Source: Nostoc sp. DedSLP01 (GTDB lineage: Bacteria > Cyanobacteriota > Cyanobacteriia > Cyanobacteriales > Nostocaceae). From it: 64,000 bases of DNA. This document shows positions 20,801 to 29,561 of the stretch, in pieces. The translations under genes were made by a program, and so were the position numbers. Location: positions 320,001 to 384,000 of the forward strand of contig JAVRCJ020000001.1 in the NCBI GenBank assembly GCA_034530875.2, in the 5' to 3' direction. Positions within the stretch are counted from its first letter, which is position 1, and each line of letters opens with the position of its first letter. The notes beneath the pieces are model-generated. The model saw nothing but the letters and a program-made list of their open reading frames with translations, made no database searches and was not told the DNA's origin.

Positions 20801-21376
20801 TTAGCAAATAATCCTTTTTACAATGGTGACCTCAACAGCAACCGTTCCAAAGTCTTTAACTTAGGTCTGCGTAACCCCTTCCGCTTCACTGTAGATCAAC
20901 GAACTAATACTCCTTTTATTGGCGATGTGGGTTGGTATCTATGGGAAGAAGTGAATGTTGGTAAACCAGGTGCTAACCTTGGTTGGCCATACTATGAGGG
21001 TGGTGTTGATGCAAATGGCAATCTCGTCAGCATCAAACAAAGAAACTATGCTACTCTCGATACTGGCAAGGACTTCTACGCTAGCGGTAAAACCGTGACA
21101 GCACCAATTTACGCCTACGATCATTTAAATGGTTCTACTTCGGTCGGCGTTGGTACTTTCTACACGGGTGGTACTTTTAACAATGCTTTATTTATCTTCA
21201 ATCCCACTAAGGGAACTATGGATGCTTTAGCATTGAACAGCCAGAATCAAGTTGTTTCAACTACACGATTTGCTTCTGATTTAGGAGCGCCTGTGAGTGT
21301 TAAAGCTGGAGATGATGGCAAGTTGTACTACGTAGACTTGATATCAGGTAAGATTGACAGCTGGACACCTGTTTAG
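17873..21376 (+). CDS. 3x PA14, 2x Calx-beta, C-terminal glucose/sorbosone dehydrogenase-like beta-propeller protein
   Basis: GLKGEYY...FSVRWTG...SDDGVRLWV three times. Calx-beta motifs GTLTFAPGE and GTLNFAVGE. GSDH motifs DRGLLGMALHPDF, HSGGSL, GKILRIDP and GLRNPFRF. Confidence 0.9.
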   Translation: MANSTDLNQNSLTVLNSDTTKNPLNQASALNFANGSTAFSQGNGLKGEYYDNIDFTNLKLTRTDSTVNFNWGSGAPDPLIGGADTFSVRWTGQVEAKYSEVYNFYTRSDDGVRLWVNNQLLIDRFVNQSTTEHTGSVALVAGQKYDIKLEYFENNYSANSQLSWSSASQTKEIIPQSQLYSGTNTNNNPVIGNGNGLKGEYYDNIDFTNLKLTRTDSTVNFNWGSGAPDPLIGGADTFSVRWTGQVQAEYSEVYNFYTRSDDGVRLWVNNQLLIDRFVNQSTTEHTGSVALVAGQKYDIKLEYFDNNYSANSQLSWSSASQAKEIIPQSQLYSQANTPTSNGNGLKGEYYDNIDFTNQKLTRTDATVNFNWGSGAPDPLIGGADTFSVRWTGQVEAKYSELYNFYTGSDDGVRLWVNNQLLIDQFVNQSTTEHTGSIALVAGQKYDIKLEYFENNYSANARLSWSSASQTKEIIPQSQLYSQVSPAIITLSTSPTSVNEGDGSVTVTVLRNGDLSGTSSIKYATLAGTATAGDDYANGGEEIGGTLTFAPGESSKQIVIPIFDDLIAEPDETFSVAIDQPEGAGLGIQRTLGITIQDNDSQGLTFTPIEVNENNGTAIVTVRRNNASGAASVNYATADGTAKAGSDYIAIAGTLNFAVGETSKNISIAIKDDTVTEADEAFTLNFSNAVGVSLPITKTSVTIIDNDSGNFQRNTVVSGLTAPTEFDWSADNKLMFIAQKNGVVKVLNTTTGVLEANPFIDISSEVNNIADRGLLGMALHPDFGKSPTGNNYVYLLFTYDPPETNTSNPLNNPNSTLDNPDQRGNRAVRLVRVTANPSTGYKTAIAGSEVVILGKNSVWNYISRPDRDSTLVDPDNDTKNEAPSGILNKTTGKLFANAQEYLDALKSNNIQNVQDYMAIDSATHSGGSLVFGNDGSLFVGLGDGTSYNRADIRANRVQDLDNLSGKILRIDPITGQGLANNPFYNGDLNSNRSKVFNLGLRNPFRFTVDQRTNTPFIGDVGWYLWEEVNVGKPGANLGWPYYEGGVDANGNLVSIKQRNYATLDTGKDFYASGKTVTAPIYAYDHLNGSTSVGVGTFYTGGTFNNALFIFNPTKGTMDALALNSQNQVVSTTRFASDLGAPVSVKAGDDGKLYYVDLISGKIDSWTPV
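17996..19313 (+). repeat. Three near-identical ~450-bp intragenic repeats (PA14 domains)
   Basis: Units start at about 17996, 18452 and 18896 and share long identical DNA stretches. Confidence 0.9.
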
Positions 21377-21521
21377 ACTGAGTGGGGAATGGGGAATAGG
21401 GAGTAGAAAATAGGGAGATGGGGAAGTGTGGGAGGTGTGGGAAGAGAGGGAGGCATAAATTCTCTTTCTACCCACTCCCCACACTCCCTGCCTGTCCTCT
21501 TCCCATGCACCATACTGAAAT

Positions 21522-23072
21522 TCAAGATAACTTTGTCAAAAATCCCAACAATTTTTTAGTAGTTGATGTCAACAGTGTACGACGATAGGCATCAGCTGCT
21601 TTTTTAATTGCTTCGGCTTGAGTGGGATAGGGATGAATTACACTACTTAATTTACTCAAACCGATTTTATTCACAATTGCCGCAGTCACTTCTGAAATCA
21701 TTTCGCCAGCGTGACGGGCGACAATAGTTGCACCAAGAATTTCATCAGCGCCTTTTTTGTGGTGGATTTTCAGAAATCCTAATTCTTCACCATCAGCGAT
21801 CGCTCGGTCTACACTATTAAAAGGAATGGTAATGGTTGTTACCTCAATGCCTAACTCCTGCGCCTCGCGTTCGTACATTCCTACATGGGCAATTTCTGGG
21901 TCGGTGTAAGTTACCCAAGGCATTACCAGGCTGCTGAGTTTGCTACGTCCCAAGCCAAAGGGAGAAAATAGGGTATTCTTAATTACAATCCGCGCTGCGG
22001 CATCGGCAGCGTGGGTAAATTTCCACTTCATGCAGATATCGCCAGCTGCGTAGATTTTGGGATTGCTGGTTTGCAGGTAATCATTAACTTTTACACCTTC
22101 GCGCTTGTCATATTCCACGCCGGCTGCTTCTAAATTTAGATTTTCTACATTTGGTGCGCGTCCCGTACCAACTAAAATTTCATCAACTGTCACAGAATCT
22201 CGATGACCGTTAGCAGAAAAGTAAAGCCGTTTCCCCTCGGTGACTGTTACCACTTCTTCTAATTTGCAATTCAATACCAAACGAATTCCTTCGTTATGCA
22301 AAACCCTTTGCAGAATTTTAGCGGCCTCCGCATCTTCTTTATTGAGAATTTGAGAACCGCTATGAAAAAGCACCACCTCAGAACCCAAACGCCGGAAAGC
22401 CTGCGCCAATTCGCAACCAATGGGGCCGCCACCAATTACCGCCAAACGTTCCGGTCGTTGAATCAAAGAAAAAACCGTTTCATTGGTGAGATAACCTGCT
22501 GCTTCGAGTCCGGGAATTGGAGGTTGTGCGGCTCTTGCTCCGGTTGCAATTACAGCTTTTTTAAAGCGGAGAGTTTTATCGCCAACTTCCACAGTATTTT
22601 TACTCGCAAAGCGACCGCTACCCAAAAAGACATCGATACCCAGACTTTGAAATCGTTCTGCTGAGTCATGAGGACTGATATCGGCTCTTATCCGCCGCAT
22701 TCTGGCCATGACTTTGGGAAAATCAACATCTATATTATGTTGGGAAACATTAACTCCCAAATTTTTAGCATTCCAAATTTCGCCAACTACGCGAGCAGAA
22801 CGAATTACAGTTTTAGATGGTACGCAACCAACATTTAAGCAATCTCCACCCATGAGGTGCTTTTCAATTAATGCTACTTTTAAACCTAAATCTAAACCTG
22901 CTGCACCTGCTGCTACTACTAAACCGGCTGTACCAGCACCAATTACTACCAAGTCGTAAAGCTCGGCGGGTTGAGGATTGACCCAATTTGGTGGATGGAC
23001 GTAAGATACTAACTTTTGGTTATACTCGTCCATTGGGCGAACAGTGACTCTCTCGAATTTTGAATCGGTCAT
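21522..23072 (-). CDS. Class I pyridine nucleotide-disulfide oxidoreductase (MerA/LpdA-like)
   Basis: GAGTAG, GGDCLNVGCVPSK, GGGPIG and HPYPTQAE motifs. Lacks the C-terminal Cys-Cys pair of MerA. Confidence 0.88.
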   Translation of the reverse strand: MTDSKFERVTVRPMDEYNQKLVSYVHPPNWVNPQPAELYDLVVIGAGTAGLVVAAGAAGLDLGLKVALIEKHLMGGDCLNVGCVPSKTVIRSARVVGEIWNAKNLGVNVSQHNIDVDFPKVMARMRRIRADISPHDSAERFQSLGIDVFLGSGRFASKNTVEVGDKTLRFKKAVIATGARAAQPPIPGLEAAGYLTNETVFSLIQRPERLAVIGGGPIGCELAQAFRRLGSEVVLFHSGSQILNKEDAEAAKILQRVLHNEGIRLVLNCKLEEVVTVTEGKRLYFSANGHRDSVTVDEILVGTGRAPNVENLNLEAAGVEYDKREGVKVNDYLQTSNPKIYAAGDICMKWKFTHAADAAARIVIKNTLFSPFGLGRSKLSSLVMPWVTYTDPEIAHVGMYEREAQELGIEVTTITIPFNSVDRAIADGEELGFLKIHHKKGADEILGATIVARHAGEMISEVTAAIVNKIGLSKLSSVIHPYPTQAEAIKKAADAYRRTLLTSTTKKLLGFLTKLS

Positions 23073-23259
23073 TGTTGATACCTAATTTGAAAAGATAAAT
23101 TTATTAATGGTTGTTTAATGAGAATTACATGTTTGGGTTGTTTTATCAGTTTGAAATTTGACAGATTAAATAGGAAGAGATTTTTCAACGCAAAGAAACG
23201 CAGAGGTTTAAGAAGTTAATATTGCTGTGAATAAAGAAAATGTTGTATTGAGGAGAGAG

Positions 23260-23982
23260 CTATAAAATTTCTTGTTCTAAAGCTTTGCGGGCAATGCGGG
23301 TGATATAAATTGTAATGGCGACTGTGGCAATCAAACCGATAATCTGGATTGTCCATTGTAAGGTAGGGTTGCTGGGTTGAGTCTGGGTGCCAATTGTGGC
23401 AAGATTAGCGGCAAGGGAACCAATATAAACGTACATCACGGTTCCGGGAATCATGCCCACAGAGCCGATAAAGTAATCTTTCAGGGAAACTCCTGTAATG
23501 CCAAAAGCATAGTTTAATAAATTAAAAGGAAATACTGGTGAGAGTCGCGTTAGCAGGACAATTTTTAATCCTTCTCTGCCAACGGCTTGGTCAATGGCGG
23601 TAAATTTTTTATTATCGGAAATTTTTCGAGCAACCCAGTCTCTCGCTAAATAACGTCCGACTAAGAAAGCAGCTGTCGCGCCAAGGGTTGCACCAATGAA
23701 GACGTACAAAGAACCCCAAACTACACCAAAGATAACGCCAGCACCTAAGGTGAGAATAGAACCTGGGAAGAATGCAACGGTGGCGAGAATGTAAAGTGCA
23801 ATAAAAGCGATCGCTCCTACACTACCAAGGCGATCGATCCATTGCAATGCCTCCCGTAAAATAGCTTGGGGATTAAAAGAATTAGTCTTCACAGATTCTT
23901 GTGCCAAAGCAAACTCTGTATTCAACAAAAACCCAAAGCCAACTACTAGCAATATTAATCCAATCAATCTAAAACTCCTCAT
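23260..23982 (-). CDS. TVP38/TMEM64 (DedA/SNARE-associated) membrane protein
   Basis: PGSILTLGAG and LLTRLSPVFPFNLLNYAFG motifs. Confidence 0.93.
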   Translation of the reverse strand: MRSFRLIGLILLVVGFGFLLNTEFALAQESVKTNSFNPQAILREALQWIDRLGSVGAIAFIALYILATVAFFPGSILTLGAGVIFGVVWGSLYVFIGATLGATAAFLVGRYLARDWVARKISDNKKFTAIDQAVGREGLKIVLLTRLSPVFPFNLLNYAFGITGVSLKDYFIGSVGMIPGTVMYVYIGSLAANLATIGTQTQPSNPTLQWTIQIIGLIATVAITIYITRIARKALEQEIL

Positions 23983-24028
23983 TTTCTCTGCGCCTCTCTT
24001 GTCTCTGCGTGAAAAAACATCCTCATTA

Positions 24029-24784
24029 CTACTCTATCGATGAATCTGGTTCCTCCAAATCACTTATTTTTGCCATTCCCACACTTTTATTTAAAGCTTT
24101 CTGAGCAATTTTTGTAATATAAACAGTCACAGCAACGGTAGCAACTAACCCAACTCCTTGCATTATCCATTCCCAAATTTGAGTTTCTAGAGTTCTTGGT
24201 TGATGAGACGTGCTAATCATGGCAAGATTCCCAGCTAAAGAACCAATATAAACGTACATTACAGTACCAGGAATAATGCCAAAAGAACCTAATATATAAT
24301 CTTTGAGAGAAACCTGTGTAACTCCAAAAGCATAATTCAATAAATTGAAGGGAAAGAGGGGAGATAGACGAGTTAGCAAAACAATTTTCCATCCTTCTTT
24401 GGCAACTGCTAAATCAATCGCTTTAAATTTAGGATGTTTGTCCATTTGTTGACAAACCCAATTGCGCGAAAAGTGGCGTCCAATCAGAAAAGCCAAGGTA
24501 GCTCCAATTATGGCAGCAATTAGTACATATATTGACCCCCAAAATACTCCAAACAAACAACCGCCTTTGAGAGTTAATAGGGAACCTGGTATAAACAATA
24601 ATGTTGCCAAGTTGTAGATGACTATGTAGGCAATAGGACCAAAGATGCCAAGACTTTCAACCCAAATGACTGAGGTGTGTAAAAGTCCTTGAAGGTTTAA
24701 TTGTTTAGCGGCAATTATAAAAGTGATAACCAGGCAACTTAGCAGTAGTAGCTTGAGTTTGGAATTTAATAAGGGCTTCTTCAT
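24029..24784 (-). CDS. TVP38/TMEM64 membrane protein (paralog)
   Basis: PGSLLTLKGG and LLTRLSPLFPFNLLNYAFG motifs. Confidence 0.93.
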   Translation of the reverse strand: MKKPLLNSKLKLLLLSCLVITFIIAAKQLNLQGLLHTSVIWVESLGIFGPIAYIVIYNLATLLFIPGSLLTLKGGCLFGVFWGSIYVLIAAIIGATLAFLIGRHFSRNWVCQQMDKHPKFKAIDLAVAKEGWKIVLLTRLSPLFPFNLLNYAFGVTQVSLKDYILGSFGIIPGTVMYVYIGSLAGNLAMISTSHQPRTLETQIWEWIMQGVGLVATVAVTVYITKIAQKALNKSVGMAKISDLEEPDSSIE

Positions 24785-24794
24785 TTTGATAAAT

Positions 24795-24962
24795 TTGACC
24801 TTCTGAGGCTCGACTTTGACCTTCTGAGGTTCAACGTTGACCTTCTGAGGCTCGACGTTGACCTTCTGAGGCTCGACGTTGACCTTCTGAGGCTCGACGT
24901 TGACCTTCTGAGGTTCAACGTTGACCTTCTGAGGTTCGACGTTGACTTTTTGAGGCTCAACT
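24795..24962. repeat. 21-bp tandem repeat, 8 copies
   Basis: Consensus TTGACCTTCTGAGG(C/T)TC(G/A)ACG at 24795, 24816, ... 24942, with no spacers. Confidence 0.95.
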
Positions 24963-24971
24963 TTGAAACTT

Positions 24972-25077
24972 ATACCAATTCAATTAATGATTGCAACACA
25001 TCATTGGGTCAAGACGCGATTCATCGCGTCTCTACAAAAAATGGTGTATTTGTGGCATGATTTTTTTCAATTGGTAT
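24972..25077. mobile_element. MITE-like element with an internal REP-like palindrome
   Basis: Ends ATACCAATT...AATTGGTAT. Internal AGACGCGAT-TC-ATCGCGTCT followed by CTAC. Confidence 0.65.
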
Positions 25078-25128
25078 TACACGTTAAATCTAATGCCACT
25101 AAGATATACTACCGACATGAGAAACAGC

Positions 25129-25839
25129 TTAAATCCTCTTAAATTTTTCTCCTCTATACCAGCGACGAATTCGCGCAGGTGAGACACCGAGTAAATAAGC
25201 AATAATTATTATTTGATTGAGTAACGTAGTTTTAAAGACTCCCTTTTGCAACCATCTACGAGCTGAGGTAACAACTGGTGTGGAGATAATTGCAATACGT
25301 CCTTTTGCTTTTAAACGACATACCAGTTCAAAGTCTTCCATGATGGGTAATTCTGGAAAACCGCCAATTTGTTGAAATACTGCTTTGGTAAGAAAAATTG
25401 CTTGGTCGCCGTAAGGCATTTGGCAAAAATGCGATCGCCACTTTACACCCAACTCTACCCATCTTAAACTCAAAAGCGACGCATCAATCCGCAAGTTAAA
25501 CGCACCCGCCACAGTTCCAGATTGTTGTAGAGCCGTGCAAATCATCTCATCAAACCCAGCAGGTAAAAGGGTATCTGCATGAAGAAATAACAGAATCTCG
25601 CCGCTAGCTGCTACAGCACCCGCATTCATTTGCACAGCACGTCCGGGAGATGATGAGATAACTTTGACACCTAAAGACTGAGCTATTTTTACAGTATCAT
25701 CGCTAGAGCCGCCATCTACGACGATAACTTCTATATTTTTACTGCCTTTTGTAGTAGCAATTGCTTCTTTAATATTTCCTGCTTCATTAATAGCCGGAAT
25801 GATAATAGAAATTTTGGCTGCGTCAATATTCTCACTCAT
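25129..25839 (-). CDS. GT2 glycosyltransferase, TIGR04283-like (rSAM/arsenosugar-associated)
   Basis: ISIIIPAINE, VDGGSSD, GRAVQMNAGA, LFLHADT, PYGDQAIF, PIMEDFEL and TSARRW motifs. Confidence 0.9.
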   Translation of the reverse strand: MSENIDAAKISIIIPAINEAGNIKEAIATTKGSKNIEVIVVDGGSSDDTVKIAQSLGVKVISSSPGRAVQMNAGAVAASGEILLFLHADTLLPAGFDEMICTALQQSGTVAGAFNLRIDASLLSLRWVELGVKWRSHFCQMPYGDQAIFLTKAVFQQIGGFPELPIMEDFELVCRLKAKGRIAIISTPVVTSARRWLQKGVFKTTLLNQIIIIAYLLGVSPARIRRWYRGEKFKRI

Positions 25840-26237
25840 GATTGCTGAGTTTTATTTTCCGCTTTGTCAGGAAATGAACACTCTACCGTTATCTTAAGAT
25901 TACTTTCAGCCGTCCCTTTAGTTATGTAAGGTATGCCTGCTTCACCGCCGACTTTGATGCCAAATTCTAAAGTGACTTTATCAATATTAGCAACAGGGAT
26001 TTTCTTAAAAGCATTGAGTGAATAAACAGTATAAGCGCGAATTGTACCTTCAATTGCTTGGAAATTTTGCACTATCTGTCTTTGTGCAGCATCAGCATCC
26101 CATCCCTTATCAATTAGCGCTTCTTCTTCTCCTTCTGGGGAAACTTCGATGTTAACTGCTGGTGCATCTATATTATTTGTGGCTTCGATGTAAATAATCG
26201 TGCCATCTTCTAAATGAATAGGTGTGAGTTGAGTCAT
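25836..26237 (-). CDS. Trypco1 (CU044_2847-family) protein
   Basis: LEDGTIIYIEA...KVTLEFGIKVGGEAGIPYITKGTAESNLKITVEC is typical of the family. 4-nt overlap with the GT gene. Confidence 0.8.
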   Translation of the reverse strand: MTQLTPIHLEDGTIIYIEATNNIDAPAVNIEVSPEGEEEALIDKGWDADAAQRQIVQNFQAIEGTIRAYTVYSLNAFKKIPVANIDKVTLEFGIKVGGEAGIPYITKGTAESNLKITVECSFPDKAENKTQQS

Positions 26238-26266
26238 GGAATAAGTCTCGCTGAAAAGAATTGCGT

Positions 26267-26435
26267 GTAGTCAATTTAACGCGAAATCAGCGGTTAGAAA
26301 CCGCGTCTACACAAACAAAACCCACCTGCGTGGGTTTCAATAAGTGGCTCAAGCCCTTGTTTTCCGTTAGTCCGTGGAGGCGGACTTTGCTTGTATAGCC
26401 GCGAATTCTATTCGCCCTGGTTCTAAATTGACTAC
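26267..26435. mobile_element. MITE-like element with internal hairpins
   Basis: Perfect 12-bp TIR GTAGTCAATTTA...TAAATTGACTAC. Internal AAACCCACCTGCGTGGGTTT and AGTCCGTGGAGGCGGACT palindromes. Confidence 0.75.
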
Positions 26436-26518
26436 CCTACACATTTTTACGGAAAATGGGGTAAATTTCTTGTAGAAGCTGGAAATAATGCAACTAAACT
26501 ATCATAAAGCTTGCTAAT

Positions 26519-29500
26519 ATGAGTCGAGACGCTTTGGTGGTGGGAATTAATACTTATGACCGCTTAAGATGTCTCAATGCGCCAGCTAGTGATGGTGAAA
26601 CGATCGCTCAAATTTTACAACAGTACGGCGAATTTCAAGTAACGCGGCTACCAGCAGTCAAAGATAAAGAAAACCAGACTATTCGCGTTGGTAAGCAAAC
26701 TAAAGTTAGTTTAACTCAGTTAGAAAAAGCGATCGTTCAATTATTTAAACCAGATGGAAAACCGCCAGATACAGCGCTGCTGTATTTTTCCGGTCATGGT
26801 TTGCGGAAAAATGTCGGAATTCAGGAAGGCTTTTTAGCGACGAGTGAAGTCAACCCGGATGCGGGGAATTGGGGACTATCTCTACAATGGCTGCGGCGAC
26901 TGCTGCAAGAAAGTGAAGTCAGACAACAAATTGTAATTTTAGATTGCTGCTATAGCGGAGAAGTGCTAAATTTTGCGGAAGCAGATCCAGGCGATCGCGG
27001 TAAAGGCAGAGACAGGTGTTTTATTGCGGCTTCTCGTGATTTTGAAGTAGCTTTTGAAGAGATTAACAGCCAACACAGCGTTCTCACTGCTGCATTGCTT
27101 CAAGGTTTGGAACCAAAACAAGACCGTTGGGTGAGTAACTACACCTTAGTAGACTTGCTCAATCAAGAACATCACCCATTCCCCCAGCGTCCCATTTTTG
27201 CTAACTCTGGTGAAGCAATTAATCTCACCCGGAAATGGAATTCCTCTCCTGTTAACTCCACAGTACAAATATCAGCTATTTGTCCTTACAAAGGGTTATC
27301 TTATTTTGATTGCACAGAAGCAGATGCCAACTTATTTTATGGCAGAACAGCGTTAACCGACGAATTATTAGAAAAAGTGCGATCGGGTAATTTACTGGCT
27401 GTGTTGGGAGCATCAGGAAGTGGTAAATCTAGTGTTGTCAGAGCAGGTTTACTTTATCAATTAAAGTTAGGACGTAAGTTATCAGGTAGCGATACTTGGC
27501 AGGTGAAAATATTTCGACCAGGGATTAATCCCTTACAAAATTTAGCACTGGCATTTGTAGAATCAGAATTATCAGATATTGAACGCGCCTCACAATTAGC
27601 AAAAGCAGAAGAATTAATAGCTAGAGGTGCAGTTGGTTTAGGACAGTTGATTACTGCTGCACAAACTCAGCGCGTCGTGTTAGTGGTAGACCAGTTTGAA
27701 GAAACTTTTACTCAATGTCAAGACATTACAAAACGACAGCAGTTTTTTGAATGTGTGCTAGGTGCTTTACAACGGGATGACAATAAACTCTGCTTAATAG
27801 TCACAATGCGGGCTGATTTCTTTGGCAAATGTTTAGAACAAGAGTATGCCGGACTAGCTAAGAAAATTCAAGAGCATTTAGTAACAGTAACACCGATGAA
27901 TCGGGAGGAATTAAAAACAGCAATTATCAAACCTGCCCAACAGGTGAACTTAGCAGTAGAACCAGAATTAGTTTCTCAAATGATTGCAGATGTAGAAAAT
28001 TCACCGGGGAGTTTACCGTTGTTGCAGTACACGCTGACAGAACTATGGCAGCAAAGAACTGAAGAACGGTTAACCCTGACTATGTATAGCAAACTAGGTG
28101 GAGCCAGAGGAACCCTGCAAACACGCGCTACAGAAGTTTATGAGTCATTATCACCAGAGGAACAGCAAGCAACAAAGCGGATTTTTTTAGAATTGACGCA
28201 GTTGGGAGAAGGAACAGAAGATACGCGCAGACAGGTTGTGCAAGGAGATTTAGTTAGTTCACAGTATTCAGAAGTTTTAATTAATAGAGTAATTCAACGA
28301 TTAGCTGATGAGAAGCTAGTTGTCACCAGTACCTTATCTAATCAAATTGCTGTGGTAGATGTGGCACATGAAGCACTAATTCGCCATTGGTTGCTATTAC
28401 GCAAATGGATTGAGGAAAGCCGGGATGTATTGCGACAAAAGCGAAAAATTGAAGCGGCAGCCATTGAATGGCGAGATAGAGGAAAGGCTAAAGATTATCT
28501 GTTTCAGGGGAAACGGTTAATAGAAGCAAAGGTCTTTCAGAAAGAACAAGCTGAAAGTTTGAGATTATCTAACCAGGCTGAAGAGTTTATTCAAGCAAGT
28601 AGCAGACAAAAAATAAATACTCGCATTGAGTTCTTTGTTGTTTCCTTAATTATTCCGTTAGGTTTAGTAATATATGTGACTCCAGGAGTTATAAAACAGA
28701 CTCAGATAAATCTACTTTGGCAGACTCTCGATACTGTTAAGGGTAAAGAGTATAGTCAGGTAAGAATTCAAGCACTTGAAAAGCTAGTAAAAGCTGGTGA
28801 AAGTCTAGCTAGTATCAACCTCAGCAGTGCCGACCTCAGCAGTGCCAAACTCAGCGATGCCAAACTCAGCGATGCCAAACTCGGTAGTGTTAACCTCTAT
28901 AGTGCTAACCTGAGCAATGGTGACCTCAGAGGTATCAACCTCAACAGTGCTAACCTAAGCAGTACCGACCTTAGAGGTGCTAACTTTATCGGTGCTGACC
29001 TCAGAGGTGCTAACTTTACCGATGCTGACCTCAGAAATGCCAATCTTACCAGTGCTGACCTCTGGCGTGCCAACCTCAGCAATGCCAATCTCAGCAGTGC
29101 CAACCTCAGCAGTGCCAACCTCAAAGATGCTATTTACACCAAAGAAACTAAGTTTCCGCAGAATTTTGATTTTACTGGCAAAAAAATATACCTAATTGCT
29201 CCTAATTCTAAACTCAATGGTGCCGACCTTTGGCATGTCGATCTCAGCGGTGCTGACCTCAGCAGTGCCGACCTCAAGAGAGCTAACCTCAGCAGTGCAA
29301 ACCTCTTCAGTACTAACCTCAGCGGTGCTGACCTCAGCGGTGCGTTACTTTCGGGTACTGACCTCTTCAATACCGATCTCAGCAATAGCAACCTGAGTAA
29401 TGCTGTCTTCAGTCATGCCAAAAACCTTACTCCTGAGCAAGTTAAATCTGCCAAAAATTGGCATAAGGCAAAATACGACAAAGATTTTCGTGCCAAGCTC

Positions 29501-29527
29501 GGTTTACCACCAGAACCAGCTAAGTGA
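26519..29527 (+). CDS. Caspase-like (C14) - nSTAND1-type NTPase - TM - pentapeptide repeat protein
   Basis: YFSGHG and ILDCC dyad. CPYKGLSYF, Walker A GASGSGKS, Walker B VVDQFEE, PGSLPLLQY and VAHEALIRHW motifs. TM segment FFVVSLIIPLGLVIYV. A(D/N)LSS repeats. Confidence 0.92.
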   Translation: MSRDALVVGINTYDRLRCLNAPASDGETIAQILQQYGEFQVTRLPAVKDKENQTIRVGKQTKVSLTQLEKAIVQLFKPDGKPPDTALLYFSGHGLRKNVGIQEGFLATSEVNPDAGNWGLSLQWLRRLLQESEVRQQIVILDCCYSGEVLNFAEADPGDRGKGRDRCFIAASRDFEVAFEEINSQHSVLTAALLQGLEPKQDRWVSNYTLVDLLNQEHHPFPQRPIFANSGEAINLTRKWNSSPVNSTVQISAICPYKGLSYFDCTEADANLFYGRTALTDELLEKVRSGNLLAVLGASGSGKSSVVRAGLLYQLKLGRKLSGSDTWQVKIFRPGINPLQNLALAFVESELSDIERASQLAKAEELIARGAVGLGQLITAAQTQRVVLVVDQFEETFTQCQDITKRQQFFECVLGALQRDDNKLCLIVTMRADFFGKCLEQEYAGLAKKIQEHLVTVTPMNREELKTAIIKPAQQVNLAVEPELVSQMIADVENSPGSLPLLQYTLTELWQQRTEERLTLTMYSKLGGARGTLQTRATEVYESLSPEEQQATKRIFLELTQLGEGTEDTRRQVVQGDLVSSQYSEVLINRVIQRLADEKLVVTSTLSNQIAVVDVAHEALIRHWLLLRKWIEESRDVLRQKRKIEAAAIEWRDRGKAKDYLFQGKRLIEAKVFQKEQAESLRLSNQAEEFIQASSRQKINTRIEFFVVSLIIPLGLVIYVTPGVIKQTQINLLWQTLDTVKGKEYSQVRIQALEKLVKAGESLASINLSSADLSSAKLSDAKLSDAKLGSVNLYSANLSNGDLRGINLNSANLSSTDLRGANFIGADLRGANFTDADLRNANLTSADLWRANLSNANLSSANLSSANLKDAIYTKETKFPQNFDFTGKKIYLIAPNSKLNGADLWHVDLSGADLSSADLKRANLSSANLFSTNLSGADLSGALLSGTDLFNTDLSNSNLSNAVFSHAKNLTPEQVKSAKNWHKAKYDKDFRAKLGLPPEPAK

Positions 29528-29561
29528 ATACTTAGGGTTGCGTTTTTAGTTCTACCTAATC

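Noticed and set aside
21522..23072. True mercuric reductase (merA)
   Set aside because: It has no C-terminal Cys-Cys pair or NmerA domain, and no merR, merT or merP nearby.
24795..24962. CRISPR array
   Set aside because: The units are contiguous with no unique spacers, and there are no cas genes in the window.
28897..29396. Alternative-frame and antisense ORFs with RLALL or VLTSA repeats
   Set aside because: They are shadows of the 15-bp pentapeptide repeat coding sequence.
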